This document shows, in pieces, positions 1 through 10,034 of a DNA stretch of 64,000 bases. Position numbers and translations under genes: made by a program. The notes beneath the pieces are model-generated. The model was not told the origin of the DNA. It ran no database searches and saw only the letters and a list, made by a program, of their open reading frames with translations. Each line of letters begins with the position of its first letter. The stretch's first letter is position 1. This stretch comes from an uncultured delta proteobacterium (GTDB lineage Bacteria > Desulfobacterota > Syntrophobacteria > BM002). The stretch is taken from contig CAVQGX010000031.1 of NCBI GenBank assembly GCA_963712115.1, forward strand, positions 256,001 to 320,000, given 5' to 3'.

Positions 1-1292
1 GCAAACACCACATCGAAGTCGTGTTTGAGAAAAACGTCCTCTTTCCAGGCCAGCCATTCCTTGAACTCTCCCTTTATCTCTACCCCGATTTTGCCAAGAT
101 AATTCTGGAACGCCAGGACAACTCGCTTTACTCCTTCGCTCTCTTTCTCTATGGGAACTTTCAGAGCCAGCGATAGTTTCTTCCCATCTCTCTGCATTAT
201 ACCGTCGTCACCTTTGGTGAATCCGGCTTCCTCCAACAGACTAATCGCCTTTTGCGGTTCGAAAGGCAGAGGCTCAACATCAAGATTATAGGCCCAGCTT
301 CCTGGAGCAAAGGGACCGGAAATGATGGTGCCCTGGCCATTGAAAAATGATCCGAGCATTTCCTGCCGGTTTACCGCATAGGTGATTGCCTGCCGAACCC
401 GCTTGTCGGCCAGCAGCGGATTTCGGACGTTATAGCCAAAAAACGAATAAGACAAGGCGTTGTACGGCTGCAGGACCAATCGTTTGTCGCCCTGTATCTG
501 AGGTATATCTCGCGGGTTCACCAAGACAATCATATCGATGGCATTGAACATCAGAGCCTGGCTCATGATATTCTGGTCGGCGAAAGGTCGGGCCAAGATT
601 TTGTCAAGGTGGGGGCGACCACGGTAGTAATTCTCGTTTGCCACCAGTATGACTTCTCCGTCGGCGGTGATATTTTTGAGCATATAGGGACCGGTGCCAA
701 TGGGCTTGTGGACAAAAGGGTCTTCCCGCGTGAGAAATTCATGATTTTCGGGCCCATGCTGCGGAATTATCTTGAAACTGAATTTGGCAAGTCCATTTAG
801 AATTGGTCGTTTCAAAGTCAACTGCACGGTGTAATCATCAACCTTGACGACACTTTCGATAAACTCATAGCGGACCTTAAGTGGGGTAATGGTTTGAGGA
901 TGCATCATGATATTGTAAGTAAAGATGACATCGTCAGCGGTAAACGGTCGCGGCTCTTCTCCTTCCTTTGCATGCCAGGTCACGTCCTGGCGCAGGTAGA
1001 AAGTGTAGGTCAGGCTGTCATCGGAAATATCCCAGCGCTCGGCCAAATCCGGGACGATCTCCTGCTTTTCATCTATACCCACTAGACCGTTGAAAATGAG
1101 TTCGCTGATTCGCAATGAAATCATGTCGTTGCTGGTTATAGGATCCAATGTCGCCGGCCTGCCGTATTCACCGTAATTCAGCGAACCTCCCTGAGGAAAG
1201 CCGTCGTTTTTGAGAGCCGCCTTTCCTTGGGGCAGCAGCAAGACAAAAATGGCCAAAGAAACAATAAAAAAAACAGTCGCTAGCCTTCTCAT
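1..1292 (-). CDS. ABC transporter substrate-binding protein, family 5 (peptide/nickel); 3' end runs off the window
   Basis: Not in ORF track (truncated). Manual translation from ATG at 1292 (RBS GAGGAGG): MRRLATVFFIVSLAIFVLL...GGSLNYGEYGRPATLDPITSND...LIFNGLV...PDLAERWDISDDSLTYTFYLRQDVTW, the SBP_bac_5 N-terminal signature. Confidence 0.9.
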   Translation of the reverse strand, partial: MRRLATVFFIVSLAIFVLLLPQGKAALKNDGFPQGGSLNYGEYGRPATLDPITSNDMISLRISELIFNGLVGIDEKQEIVPDLAERWDISDDSLTYTFYLRQDVTWHAKEGEEPRPFTADDVIFTYNIMMHPQTITPLKVRYEFIESVVKVDDYTVQLTLKRPILNGLAKFSFKIIPQHGPENHEFLTREDPFVHKPIGTGPYMLKNITADGEVILVANENYYRGRPHLDKILARPFADQNIMSQALMFNAIDMIVLVNPRDIPQIQGDKRLVLQPYNALSYSFFGYNVRNPLLADKRVRQAITYAVNRQEMLGSFFNGQGTIISGPFAPGSWAYNLDVEPLPFEPQKAISLLEEAGFTKGDDGIMQRDGKKLSLALKVPIEKESEGVKRVVLAFQNYLGKIGVEIKGEFKEWLAWKEDVFLKHDFDVVF

Positions 1293-1399
1293 AATCGCCT
1301 CCTCAAGCGAGAAGCTTCCTTGTCTCGTTCTCAATTAAATGTTGCTCTTTTCGATATTTCTCTCCTCGGTCCGACCACAACAGTCATTGCCAACATAAG

Positions 1400-2899
1400 C
1401 TAAAAAAGTTTGGCATCCCCGGCACTCTTCTGTTCCATGGCATACACGCCCTGCATGGAGACCTGTATTTGGCGTACTGCCGGAAACTGATTACGCATGC
1501 CGAAATAGATCTCCAATGCCTCGGAGAATCTCTTGGAGCGATAATATGCCTCCGCCAAATTGATCAGCATGAGCGGATCATTATATTCGATCTTGTTCTT
1601 GTTGCTCTTGTCCCTTACCGTTTCCATACATGCTATAGCTTGTTCGTATTCGTGTGTCCGCAGATAATACCTGCCGAGGGCATAATGCAACGTTTCTAAT
1701 TTCTTTCCATCGATGACCTCAACCAGAGTGGTTGCCTTTCTAGCGATCTCTGAGCACTCGAGATTGAGTCTGTTGCATGCTAGTAAGGTATCTGCCAGAA
1801 GATGAGGCTCTTGTTGCTGCCCGGTAGAATCTTCCAAATGCATCTGTGACTGCCGTCCGCCGCTCTGCCAAAAACGAGCAACCCCATGAAGAAGCTCCGC
1901 CTTTTCTCTGTAGGGTGAAGGTAGTAGTCCCGATGCAAGAGCATCATCGAGAATCTCGATGGATTGGTCTATATGGCCGAATCTGGCCTCAGCTTCTGCT
2001 AGGTAGTACTGTGCCACTCCTTTTATTTTTTCATCTGTTGTTGCTTTTTCCAGATATTCCAGACTTGCTCTACCATAGAGAACTGCAAGATTGTCCAGCA
2101 AAGATGGATCGTAAAACCGGACAATCTTGTTCTTTCCTATGGTCTCTTCATGGAAAAAGCCACTCAGGTCTGTGCTTTTGATCAAGCGTAATCCTTTGTC
2201 TATTTGTCCTTCCCTGGCATAGACGGTGATGAGGTTGTTTGCCAGGCGAATTGATAAACCCTGTTGGATTTGCTTCATCACTTGCCTGATTTGCTCTCCC
2301 ATTGCCAAAGGTTTTCTCTCTGCAAGTCCTAGCCTGCTGTAGGCGGCGGCAAGTTCCGACATCACTTCCGGGTCGGTTGTATCCACACTGCTCCAGAGTT
2401 CATCAGCATTCTTGTTTTTGCCCTGGAGATAGTAAGCCCTTGCCAGAGCGATTTTCGCCAGGGATCTATCTCTCGGCTCAATTTTTTTATCCTCTATGCA
2501 TGTCCGCAATGAAACTGCTGCTTCAGCCGTTTTCCCCGTATCTAGAAGTGACCGGCCCAGATACAGCTTGGCATAGTGGCTGCCGTCTTCCTTGTCGGAT
2601 GCTAAGAGCTTGCTGAGATAGTCCACCTGCACAGAAAGTGCTGTCCGATGAAGCTCTTGGTAAACTTGAGCGCAGGCCAAAAAAGTCATTCCGAGGCCAA
2701 GATAGAGCTTTCCCTGCTGGCTTGGTTCGGCCAGCCTCATGTGGGCCAAAAGGGTGGCAGAAGCGTCTTCATAGTGGTGCCTGTTGTAGGACTGCATACC
2801 CTCCCGTATAGGGTCGGCTGCCGCGGACAATGAGGCTTCCAGCACCAACGCTACGAGGCAACAGACAAACAATCCCTTTTTTAGGTTTGCACACATCAT
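1400..2899 (-). CDS. Exported tetratricopeptide-repeat protein
   Basis: 499 aa; signal peptide; multiple TPR-like helices (KLYLGLG, KLYLGRS, HYALGRYY, INLAEAYY). Confidence 0.75.
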   Translation of the reverse strand: MMCANLKKGLFVCCLVALVLEASLSAAADPIREGMQSYNRHHYEDASATLLAHMRLAEPSQQGKLYLGLGMTFLACAQVYQELHRTALSVQVDYLSKLLASDKEDGSHYAKLYLGRSLLDTGKTAEAAVSLRTCIEDKKIEPRDRSLAKIALARAYYLQGKNKNADELWSSVDTTDPEVMSELAAAYSRLGLAERKPLAMGEQIRQVMKQIQQGLSIRLANNLITVYAREGQIDKGLRLIKSTDLSGFFHEETIGKNKIVRFYDPSLLDNLAVLYGRASLEYLEKATTDEKIKGVAQYYLAEAEARFGHIDQSIEILDDALASGLLPSPYREKAELLHGVARFWQSGGRQSQMHLEDSTGQQQEPHLLADTLLACNRLNLECSEIARKATTLVEVIDGKKLETLHYALGRYYLRTHEYEQAIACMETVRDKSNKNKIEYNDPLMLINLAEAYYRSKRFSEALEIYFGMRNQFPAVRQIQVSMQGVYAMEQKSAGDAKLF

Positions 2900-4480
2900 T
2901 TATTCTTTCAGCTCAGCAACATAAATACGGTCCCACTGCTCAACCTGGGCCCGATATGCCAGGATGCCATGTAATGAGCACACCACATCGTGGTTCATCT
3001 TGGTGCCGGTTTTTATGGCAAAGTTTGTCTTGGCCTCGATGTCAGCTATGTGTATGGGGTCAAATGCGTGTTCATCCTTTTTTACGTAGATGATTCTCTT
3101 GCTATCCGGCATCCAGGTGGGCCCTCTCTCAATATCCGGGACCACGTTGGTGGCCACAATCTTGTCAGCCAGAGTGTCCAAATCCCTTTGCCCCGACCCG
3201 TCGACTCCAATCACACCAATGGACCACACTTTGGGGTCGTTCTCGGTGTTGTAGTTGGTGTAAAAGGCTATTCTTTTGCCGTCCGGTGACCAAATGGGTC
3301 GCAGGTCATCATAGGCCCAACTCGTGAGGGGCCTCAAGGTCTCCATTGGTCTGCTGACGTCTTCCATGAGAAAAACGTCATGATTATCATTGCTTCCATA
3401 GATCATTACAATTTTCTTACCGTCTGGAGACCACTGGGGGTAAAGGTATGATTTCATCCCTCGAGTTAACTTTATGGTCTCCCCAGTTTCCAGCTTCAGG
3501 AGAAATAGATCAGCCTTACCCGTTCGACCGGAGACGAACACCAGCTCACTGGCAACGGGTGACCAGTGTGGGTGACTGTCTTTCTCGCTGTTCTCAGTCA
3601 GTCTTATGGTAGCCCCCTTTCCGAGTTCGGGAATTAGGTAGAGGTCATAGTTTCCTCGACCTCCATTGCTCATGAACACCAAACTGTTTTCATCGGGCGA
3701 CCAGGTGATGCCGGCGTTATAGCTCACCTCGTCAAAAACGCCGGGGAATAAGACATCCATTTCCTCAGCTTCCGGGGACGGACGGAAATAGATTCTTTGG
3801 ATAACGGTGCCATCCTTTCGGCAGACAATAATCTCCCTTCGGTCATTCGTACTCCGTTCAAAAGCCAGCAGTTCTCCCGAGGGGGACCACGAAGGATTTG
3901 AGTCATTGGCACCAAACTCCATGGCAGTAAGCGCTTGGACCCGCAATGGTTCAATTCCAGCCGGTTTCTTTTCTTTCACCTCCGGCTGGAAAAAGTCCTC
4001 TTCCACTGACCCTTCTTGAATATCGGTTTTTGCAACAACCTCTTCAGCCTGATCTCCTTCAGGTTCCGCCCCTTCAGGACTCTCCTTCACCTCGGAGTCT
4101 GCTGACAGGTTTGCTTGTCCACTAGAATCTTCTTCTGTCCGATTTCCTATCGACTCTCCGTCTACACCGGGATTTTCGGCTACCTGTTCCGGTTCCTCTC
4201 CCGATGACAGATCCGCCGGAGCGAAAGCATCCTCTCTACTGCTGGTCTCATCCTCCCTCTCGGAATCCACTTCCTTGCTTTCAACTTCCCCTCTATCTAG
4301 TTCAGTTTGCTCCGCCGTTGTTTTACCAGGCGGCCTTGACGGCTCGAAAACCTCTCCCTGTTGAGGATTCATCTCAGCGGCAGCATCAGATTGAGGAACA
4401 TTACCAGCCGAAACCCCGGTAGTCGCCAAAGCAAACATCACGAATACGAGGCCCAGACATCGGATTACCTTTGGTTGCAA
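2900..4480 (-). CDS. TolB-like PD40/WD40 beta-propeller protein with long acidic N-terminal linker
   Basis: 526 aa; signal peptide, ~150 aa Glu-rich low-complexity region, repeated PxWSPDG motifs (PSWSPSG, TWSPDE, PHWSP, PQWSPDG, PIWSPDG, PTWMPDS). Confidence 0.8.
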   Translation of the reverse strand: MQPKVIRCLGLVFVMFALATTGVSAGNVPQSDAAAEMNPQQGEVFEPSRPPGKTTAEQTELDRGEVESKEVDSEREDETSSREDAFAPADLSSGEEPEQVAENPGVDGESIGNRTEEDSSGQANLSADSEVKESPEGAEPEGDQAEEVVAKTDIQEGSVEEDFFQPEVKEKKPAGIEPLRVQALTAMEFGANDSNPSWSPSGELLAFERSTNDRREIIVCRKDGTVIQRIYFRPSPEAEEMDVLFPGVFDEVSYNAGITWSPDENSLVFMSNGGRGNYDLYLIPELGKGATIRLTENSEKDSHPHWSPVASELVFVSGRTGKADLFLLKLETGETIKLTRGMKSYLYPQWSPDGKKIVMIYGSNDNHDVFLMEDVSRPMETLRPLTSWAYDDLRPIWSPDGKRIAFYTNYNTENDPKVWSIGVIGVDGSGQRDLDTLADKIVATNVVPDIERGPTWMPDSKRIIYVKKDEHAFDPIHIADIEAKTNFAIKTGTKMNHDVVCSLHGILAYRAQVEQWDRIYVAELKE

Positions 4481-4495
4481 ACGAGTCGTCTCCTT

Positions 4496-7195
4496 CTACT
4501 TCAGGTCTTTTAGCTGGGCCCAGTATTTTCTCGACGATTGACGAATCTTGGTAAATTCACTCTTTCCCTCGAGCTCCTTGGGGAAAAAGTCGAAGTACTC
4601 TTTCCAGGCCAGATCGGCTCTATCGAGAATCGCTTTTTTCTGAGTAACTAAAAAGAGTTTATGATAGGAGATGGCCTGGTAGTAATAGGTGTCATGCACC
4701 GCCTCTTGGTAATAATTGTTCGGGAAAAACCGAGTGTTTTGCTTTGCTATTTTCAGTTTTTCAAGTGCTTTGGCGTAGTTCGCCGCGGCAGCTTGTTTGT
4801 CTGTGTGAATGAGTTGATTTGCTTTCTCGTAGTAGGCATGCCCCAAATTGGTGTAGGTTACAGCAAATTGCTTATAGATTATTTGCTTGTTTTCAGGGAG
4901 AGACAGCACGTTTTCGAACTCACGGATGGCCGCATCGTAATCCTCTTTTTCATCCAGGTAGAGCTGGGCGAGCCTGTGGCGAGCATCTGAGTAGTCCGGA
5001 TGACCTCTTTCTGTGCTGGCGTAAGCCGCAATGGCCGCATCGATATTTCCATTCTGCTCGGCCATTCTGCCAATGTTCAGATAATCTTTGACGAGAGCAA
5101 TCCTGTCTGTTCCCGTACGATCAACTGTCGATTGATTGAATTCCAACACTTCTTCCCAGTCGCGATATTCGCCGCCCGCCGAGAGCTTCACTTTACGGAA
5201 TCCGAAGTTTACCAGCGTGCCTTCGAGAAGCGGGGTTCTACCCACCTCAACACCATCAACAAAAACGGCCGCCCCGGGAGGTACAGAATCTACCTTAAAC
5301 ATAGCATTGGCCACGTCCAGGGAAAACTCTTTGACTTCATTGCTTGCCTCAACCTTGAGCTTGTCTTGGAGCGGTTCGTAACCATATCGAGAGAGGAGCA
5401 GATCGTGCTCCCTGGAAAGACGCACAGGTACGACCGCGGTACCATCCGAACCGGTGGTTCCTACCCAGGTGTTATCTAGGTAGACGTTCACTCCCCAAAG
5501 TGGTCGTGAATTAGTTGAGGATCCAGCCCTGGCTGCCAAGATAAATGAATCCCTTGCGATATCCTCGAGATATACACGTCTGACAAGTTTAGATCCCAGA
5601 TTTATTTTCTCATTGTCGCTCAAGTTCACCAGCTCGGCCCAGGATGAATTTTCATCATTTTCATTGACAACAAGCAACCCGGCTTCGTGGTAACCAAGTT
5701 CATTTTTGCTTGGAGCGGTTGGCTCGACAGTCATGTACTTGAACTCGTTGCCACGTCTTATCTTGTAGTCGAGTCTTCCCAAGTTTATTAGGTAACGATC
5801 TTTTTCAGTGGCGATAACAGTGCCTTCGAAAGGGAACTGCTCTATGATATTGTTGACCACCAATTTGATGGTGTCCTCTACCTGCTTTTTTTTCATGACT
5901 TTGTTTATTTGACTCAGAAGCGTGTTTCCATCAGAGAAGTTGACCGTGCTTTCTATGGTCATTCCTTGATCATTCTTGGTGACACTTCCTGAGATGACCA
6001 TATCCACCGTGTCGATCAGTTTCGTCTGTCGCCACCCTTTTGTTGACATGGTCTCTAAATCAAGGGAAGCATCCATCATTACTTGCCGGAGTTTTGCCTT
6101 TGGTACTTCGACAAAACTGCCGTAAATGAAAAGATTATCACCTATGGCCTTTTCGATCGTGCCCACTACATCCGCCAAATCCTCCTCGGGGGTGTTGTTG
6201 ACATAGCCGTAAAGACCCACCCTGATCGATTTGGGTTTAACGGGATAAAAAATTCTCTCGATGCCCTGCTTGCCTAGCAGCTTGACCGTTGTCTTCCACT
6301 CCGCCGGAACATGGCCCGGAGCAGTGAGCTTCATTCCCACCTCTCGACCCGATTCGCCCCGATAAACATAGGTGAACTTGCCTTCTCTATTGGTTTTGCC
6401 CACCTGCTTATCATCGACACTCACAACCACATTTGGAATTCCTTCAGCAATCCCATAGGCCTCAGTGAAAGCTGAGACAGAAACCCTCGCGGTTTTGCCT
6501 GTCCGTCCCGTTTGTGCTTCTTTCGTTGACCGGCTTGGACTGGCTGATGCGTCTGACCCAAGGGGCTGCTCTACAGAGGACAGCGCAGCTTCAGTTTTTG
6601 CCGCTTCTCTTTTTCTGGTAAGAGAAGCCACTATGGTCTGACCCGGCTTCACTCTCACTTTCTTGCTCCAGGTGGTGTATCCTTTCTTTGAAACTTTGAA
6701 ATTCATTCCCTTCTTGGGCATGCTCTCATAGGTATGGACATACTCTCCAGCCTCGTCTGTCTTGCCCCTCTCTTTGCCATTGATTATTACAGAGACATTC
6801 TCCAGTGGCTCCCCCTCGTCTGAAACAACCAGGGTAAAATACTTGCTGGCTTTCAGGGAAGCATCGATGGCATAGGCCTCCGCACTCCCATCCTTGGGCA
6901 ACCTCACCACAAACGAATCCTTCCAGGGCTCGACCTGATACCCGGGAGCCTCCAGTCGAATCTCCACTGAGACCTCTTCCCCAGGCCGTCTCCATATCTT
7001 CTGGGTCAGATTTCCCTTGTCGTCGGTTAGGCCGGCTTCCATCCCATCCACGAGCACCTTGGCCTGGGACGCCGGCTCACCATCCAGCGTAGCCTGTACC
7101 TTTACCTCAAGCTCCGCCTTCTTGCCCATACCGCAACCAAAGATGAGAATCGACAAACAAAGGAAGAACAACATTTTCAGCTTTTCTTTGACCAT
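4496..7195 (-). CDS. Large lipoprotein: carboxypeptidase-regulatory/Ig-like repeats, CsgG/FlgT-like segment, PEGA domain, C-terminal TPRs
   Basis: 899 aa; lipobox LIFGC; repeated V.VDG...G.TD..G units; PEGA motif VDSVPPGAAVFVDGVEVGRTP; TPR helices at C-terminus. Confidence 0.7.
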   Translation of the reverse strand: MVKEKLKMLFFLCLSILIFGCGMGKKAELEVKVQATLDGEPASQAKVLVDGMEAGLTDDKGNLTQKIWRRPGEEVSVEIRLEAPGYQVEPWKDSFVVRLPKDGSAEAYAIDASLKASKYFTLVVSDEGEPLENVSVIINGKERGKTDEAGEYVHTYESMPKKGMNFKVSKKGYTTWSKKVRVKPGQTIVASLTRKREAAKTEAALSSVEQPLGSDASASPSRSTKEAQTGRTGKTARVSVSAFTEAYGIAEGIPNVVVSVDDKQVGKTNREGKFTYVYRGESGREVGMKLTAPGHVPAEWKTTVKLLGKQGIERIFYPVKPKSIRVGLYGYVNNTPEEDLADVVGTIEKAIGDNLFIYGSFVEVPKAKLRQVMMDASLDLETMSTKGWRQTKLIDTVDMVISGSVTKNDQGMTIESTVNFSDGNTLLSQINKVMKKKQVEDTIKLVVNNIIEQFPFEGTVIATEKDRYLINLGRLDYKIRRGNEFKYMTVEPTAPSKNELGYHEAGLLVVNENDENSSWAELVNLSDNEKINLGSKLVRRVYLEDIARDSFILAARAGSSTNSRPLWGVNVYLDNTWVGTTGSDGTAVVPVRLSREHDLLLSRYGYEPLQDKLKVEASNEVKEFSLDVANAMFKVDSVPPGAAVFVDGVEVGRTPLLEGTLVNFGFRKVKLSAGGEYRDWEEVLEFNQSTVDRTGTDRIALVKDYLNIGRMAEQNGNIDAAIAAYASTERGHPDYSDARHRLAQLYLDEKEDYDAAIREFENVLSLPENKQIIYKQFAVTYTNLGHAYYEKANQLIHTDKQAAAANYAKALEKLKIAKQNTRFFPNNYYQEAVHDTYYYQAISYHKLFLVTQKKAILDRADLAWKEYFDFFPKELEGKSEFTKIRQSSRKYWAQLKDLK

Positions 7196-7284
7196 TGCTT
7201 ATACCTCCCAGCCAATCGACGGGATCACAGCTGACACCACCCCTATAATCTGATACATGCTCCTCAGTCTCAGATTCATTGGCA

Positions 7285-7734
7285 TTAGATCCCAGGCGGC
7301 TGTATGTTGACTTCTCCAGGATTAATGATTTTGTCCGCATCGGAGCTAGCACCAGCAATAGACCTACGCTTGCCTTCAGGAATTCTCTTGAGGGCAAACT
7401 CCAGCTTCTTGCTTGTGCTACCCCCTATCTCCACAGTCTGCGTTTCCGTCACATAACCAATCCTGCTGGCCTCAACCTTGTAGATACCTGGAGTTATTGT
7501 TTCTTCCTCAGACTCGAATTTGCCCTTCTCATCTGCTACGACCGAATGAGAGGCAGTCTCCACACTGACGGAGGTATTGATCATGTTTACCACGGTACCT
7601 TTAGGATTGTCGCCGGGGATTGGCTTCATGTCCTCATCCACGAGGTGTACTTTACCGTAGATCCTGGCGGAGCAGGCGGTGAGGAACAACAGCGCCAGGG
7701 CGATCAAAAACATTTGGGCTTTGCTGTAATTCAT
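7285..7734 (-). CDS. Carboxypeptidase regulatory-like domain lipoprotein
   Basis: 149 aa; lipobox LTAC; ADEKGKF...PGIYKVEASRIGY motif; RBS AGGAGAGG. Confidence 0.7.
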   Translation of the reverse strand: MNYSKAQMFLIALALLFLTACSARIYGKVHLVDEDMKPIPGDNPKGTVVNMINTSVSVETASHSVVADEKGKFESEEETITPGIYKVEASRIGYVTETQTVEIGGSTSKKLEFALKRIPEGKRRSIAGASSDADKIINPGEVNIQPPGI

Positions 7735-7856
7735 GTGTCCTCTCCTTCTTGGCTAAAATGGGAAAAACTCACGTGCACTTAAGTTTCATCATAGGAGGAA
7801 ATTTTCATGAAAAGCTTGCTGCTATATCTCGATTATTCTCCGGCAACCAGAAAGAT

Positions 7857-7890
7857 CAAGAAAAGAGGGTGCATCATATGTCACCCTCTT
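7857..7890 (-). terminator. Intrinsic terminator candidate after coiled-coil lipoprotein gene
   Basis: Minus strand AAGAGGGTG-loop-CACCCTCTT followed by a T-rich tail. Confidence 0.55.
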
Positions 7891-7953
7891 GTGCTAAAAT
7901 TGTTTATTGGTGAATCAAATGCCAGAAAGATGATCAGTTCCGTTTGTAGCGGT

Positions 7954-8475
7954 TTACCTGTTTTTGGCTAGTTGCGTCTTTCTCTCTTTTATTTCTTTTG
8001 CCAACTTTTTTATCTTCATGTCCAAAATGTCCAATTCAGCCTTAATTTGAATATTTTCAGACTCCACGCTGAGTCCCTGCTTCCTCAAATCGGCTATACG
8101 CTTTATATTCTCTTCCTTGTCGCCCAGATTGGAGTTGTCTACCGCTTCCAGCTTTTTTCTTTCCAGCTCCAATTCCGCCCCTTTGACGAGGGTTTCGGCC
8201 ATTTTCATCTCAAAGTCTGCATAGTTCTTCTCAAGAATGGCCATATCTTTTCGCATCTGGGCAAGTTTCACTTTCTCGGAGGACAAATCCACCTGCGCTT
8301 TTGCCTCTTTGAGGTCGTACTCCGCCTCTCGCACGCCGGCCTGCATTGCCGCTGGAACTTTGGTATATAAGCCCTGTTCTGTCTTTTTTGGTGAACTCTT
8401 GATCATTGGAAATTTGAGGCATCCGGAAAAAAGGGTAACTGCTATTAATAATCCGAGAAAGACGTATTTTTTCAT
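7954..8475 (-). CDS. Coiled-coil lipoprotein, unknown function
   Basis: 173 aa; lipobox FSGC; remainder K/E-rich heptad pattern. Confidence 0.7.
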   Translation of the reverse strand: MKKYVFLGLLIAVTLFSGCLKFPMIKSSPKKTEQGLYTKVPAAMQAGVREAEYDLKEAKAQVDLSSEKVKLAQMRKDMAILEKNYADFEMKMAETLVKGAELELERKKLEAVDNSNLGDKEENIKRIADLRKQGLSVESENIQIKAELDILDMKIKKLAKEIKERKTQLAKNR

Positions 8476-8636
8476 GATCTTTTCCTCTTCTTGCAGTTAG
8501 ACAAAATTTATGACAACCTTCATGCTTCTGGGAAGGGTTTGCAGCTCTCCTCTCCCTTTTATTGGGCTTCAATGAGGATCTGCCGTCTGTATGGATCCAT
8601 CAAAGCAGGATCCCAGCATTCAGCTTGAGAGGTTTA

Positions 8637-8651
8637 GCATGATCCATGCCA
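8637..8651 (-). promoter_or_regulatory. sigma54 (-24/-12) promoter candidate upstream of the coiled-coil lipoprotein gene
   Basis: Minus strand TGGCAT-GGATC-ATGC, with canonical GG-N10-GC spacing. Confidence 0.5.
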
Positions 8652-8990
8652 AACAATTGGGTGGGAGATTAGACCATCTGTTTGTGGCTGGCTGATGCTG
8701 ACTGAGAAGTGGACTGTGGATTTGCCAGACGAACCCGAAATCCACGGGCGCAAGGTGACTGATATTTGGTTGCCCGGGCTCAGTTCTCAGGCTATCTACG
8801 ATGGGGTGATTGACAAGTAAGGATATTTCATTCATTTCATGAGGGGCTCATCACTTGAGCACCCAGGGAGACTTGATCCATAGTTGAGATACAAGAGTTT
8901 CTAATGTCTAAATCCTTACAGGAAAACATATAGTCGATAGTATCAATCATCATACTTGGTGGGAGCAAGATTCTGCACTATGGAGTATGT

Positions 8991-9074
8991 GGGGTCAGAT
9001 CTTCATTCGTCAATTGGCTAACTATTATCGGCTCTCTGAGCCGACCTCAACTGAAAACTGAAGAACTGATCCCC
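8991..9074. repeat. REP-like imperfect inverted repeat (GGGGTCAG type) with inner hairpin
   Basis: GGGGTCAGATCTTCATTCGTCAATTG versus reverse complement of right arm GGGGATCAGTTCTTCAGTTTTCAGTTG; inner TCGGCTC..GAGCCGA. Confidence 0.55.
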
Positions 9075-9098
9075 TATCAAAGCGCGGTGGGTTTGGCA

Positions 9099-10034
9099 CT
9101 ACTTGACCTGGGCCAACTTGCCCTTGGCGATTTTTGCCTGATTGCTATTCGGATATTCCTTGACGACCTTCTTCAAAAGAATCTTCCCTGCAGTGCTATC
9201 CCCAAGTTCCAAAAAGGCCATGCCCTGCTTGAGTATAGCACTGCTCACCTTATCACTCTTGGGGTATTCCTTAATTGTCTTTTCATAGGAAGCTATGGCT
9301 TCCCCATAACTCTTCTCCGCATAATAGCACTCGCCCAGCCAGAATTGTGCGTTGTCGGCCAGGTCGGACTTTGGATATCCTTCGAGATAGCTCTTGAATT
9401 CATTTCTTGCTGCGTCGTACTGGCCACTGCGAAAAAGCTGAAGGGCATTGTCATAATGTTCTTCAGCACTTGAGGCTGGCTGCTTCTTAGCAGTTTGTCC
9501 GGTGTCAGAAGAGGACTTAGCCTTGGCAGCTTGTTTTTCTGTTTGGCTGCTCGGCTTGGAGCTAACTGCCAGTTCCTGCAGTCCAAGGTAGCCGGCCATC
9601 GTATTCAGAGCTCGCTGGAGATCCTCCACATTTTTGCGAATCTCCAGCATCGACTCCATTTGATTTTGCTGAACCTCACTAATGCGTTCCCCGTTTCGAG
9701 TGTACATTGCAGTGGCTTCTTCCATCTGACCGGTTAACCGCCCCAGTTCTAATTCTATCCGATCCAACTGCGCCCCTACCTCTGCTTGATTCTTGCGAAG
9801 TGGCTGCCGGTCAGCATCAAGGGCTGCCAATTTCTCATCTAATGTTTTTTCCATTTCAGCCATCTGGGCTTTGCTCTTGTCCAGGTCACGGCGGGCAGTC
9901 CAGATTTGCCTCTGGAGCAAGGATACATCTTTCTGGGTGGCGCACCCTCCAAGGAAAAAACACACCAGCAGCAATTTTAGCAATCCAAGACCCAAGAACC
10001 TCTTCCCGATGTCAGTGGATGCAATCCTATTCAT
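9099..10034 (-). CDS. cpoB: Tol-Pal system protein CpoB/YbgF
   Basis: 311 aa; lipobox, coiled coil, C-terminal TPR YPKSDLADNAQFWLGECYY...SAILKQG; directly downstream of pal. Confidence 0.92.
   Translation of the reverse strand: MNRIASTDIGKRFLGLGLLKLLLVCFFLGGCATQKDVSLLQRQIWTARRDLDKSKAQMAEMEKTLDEKLAALDADRQPLRKNQAEVGAQLDRIELELGRLTGQMEEATAMYTRNGERISEVQQNQMESMLEIRKNVEDLQRALNTMAGYLGLQELAVSSKPSSQTEKQAAKAKSSSDTGQTAKKQPASSAEEHYDNALQLFRSGQYDAARNEFKSYLEGYPKSDLADNAQFWLGECYYAEKSYGEAIASYEKTIKEYPKSDKVSSAILKQGMAFLELGDSTAGKILLKKVVKEYPNSNQAKIAKGKLAQVK

Noticed and set aside
7199-7258. 19-codon minus-strand ORF MYQIIGVVSAVIPSIGWEV between two lipoprotein genes
   Set aside because: The Shine-Dalgarno-like GAGGAG is only 1 nt from the ATG; no other support.
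8620-8835. 71-aa minus-strand ORF upstream of the envelope cluster
   Set aside because: No RBS or domain; it overlaps the sigma54 promoter candidate and is probably regulatory DNA.
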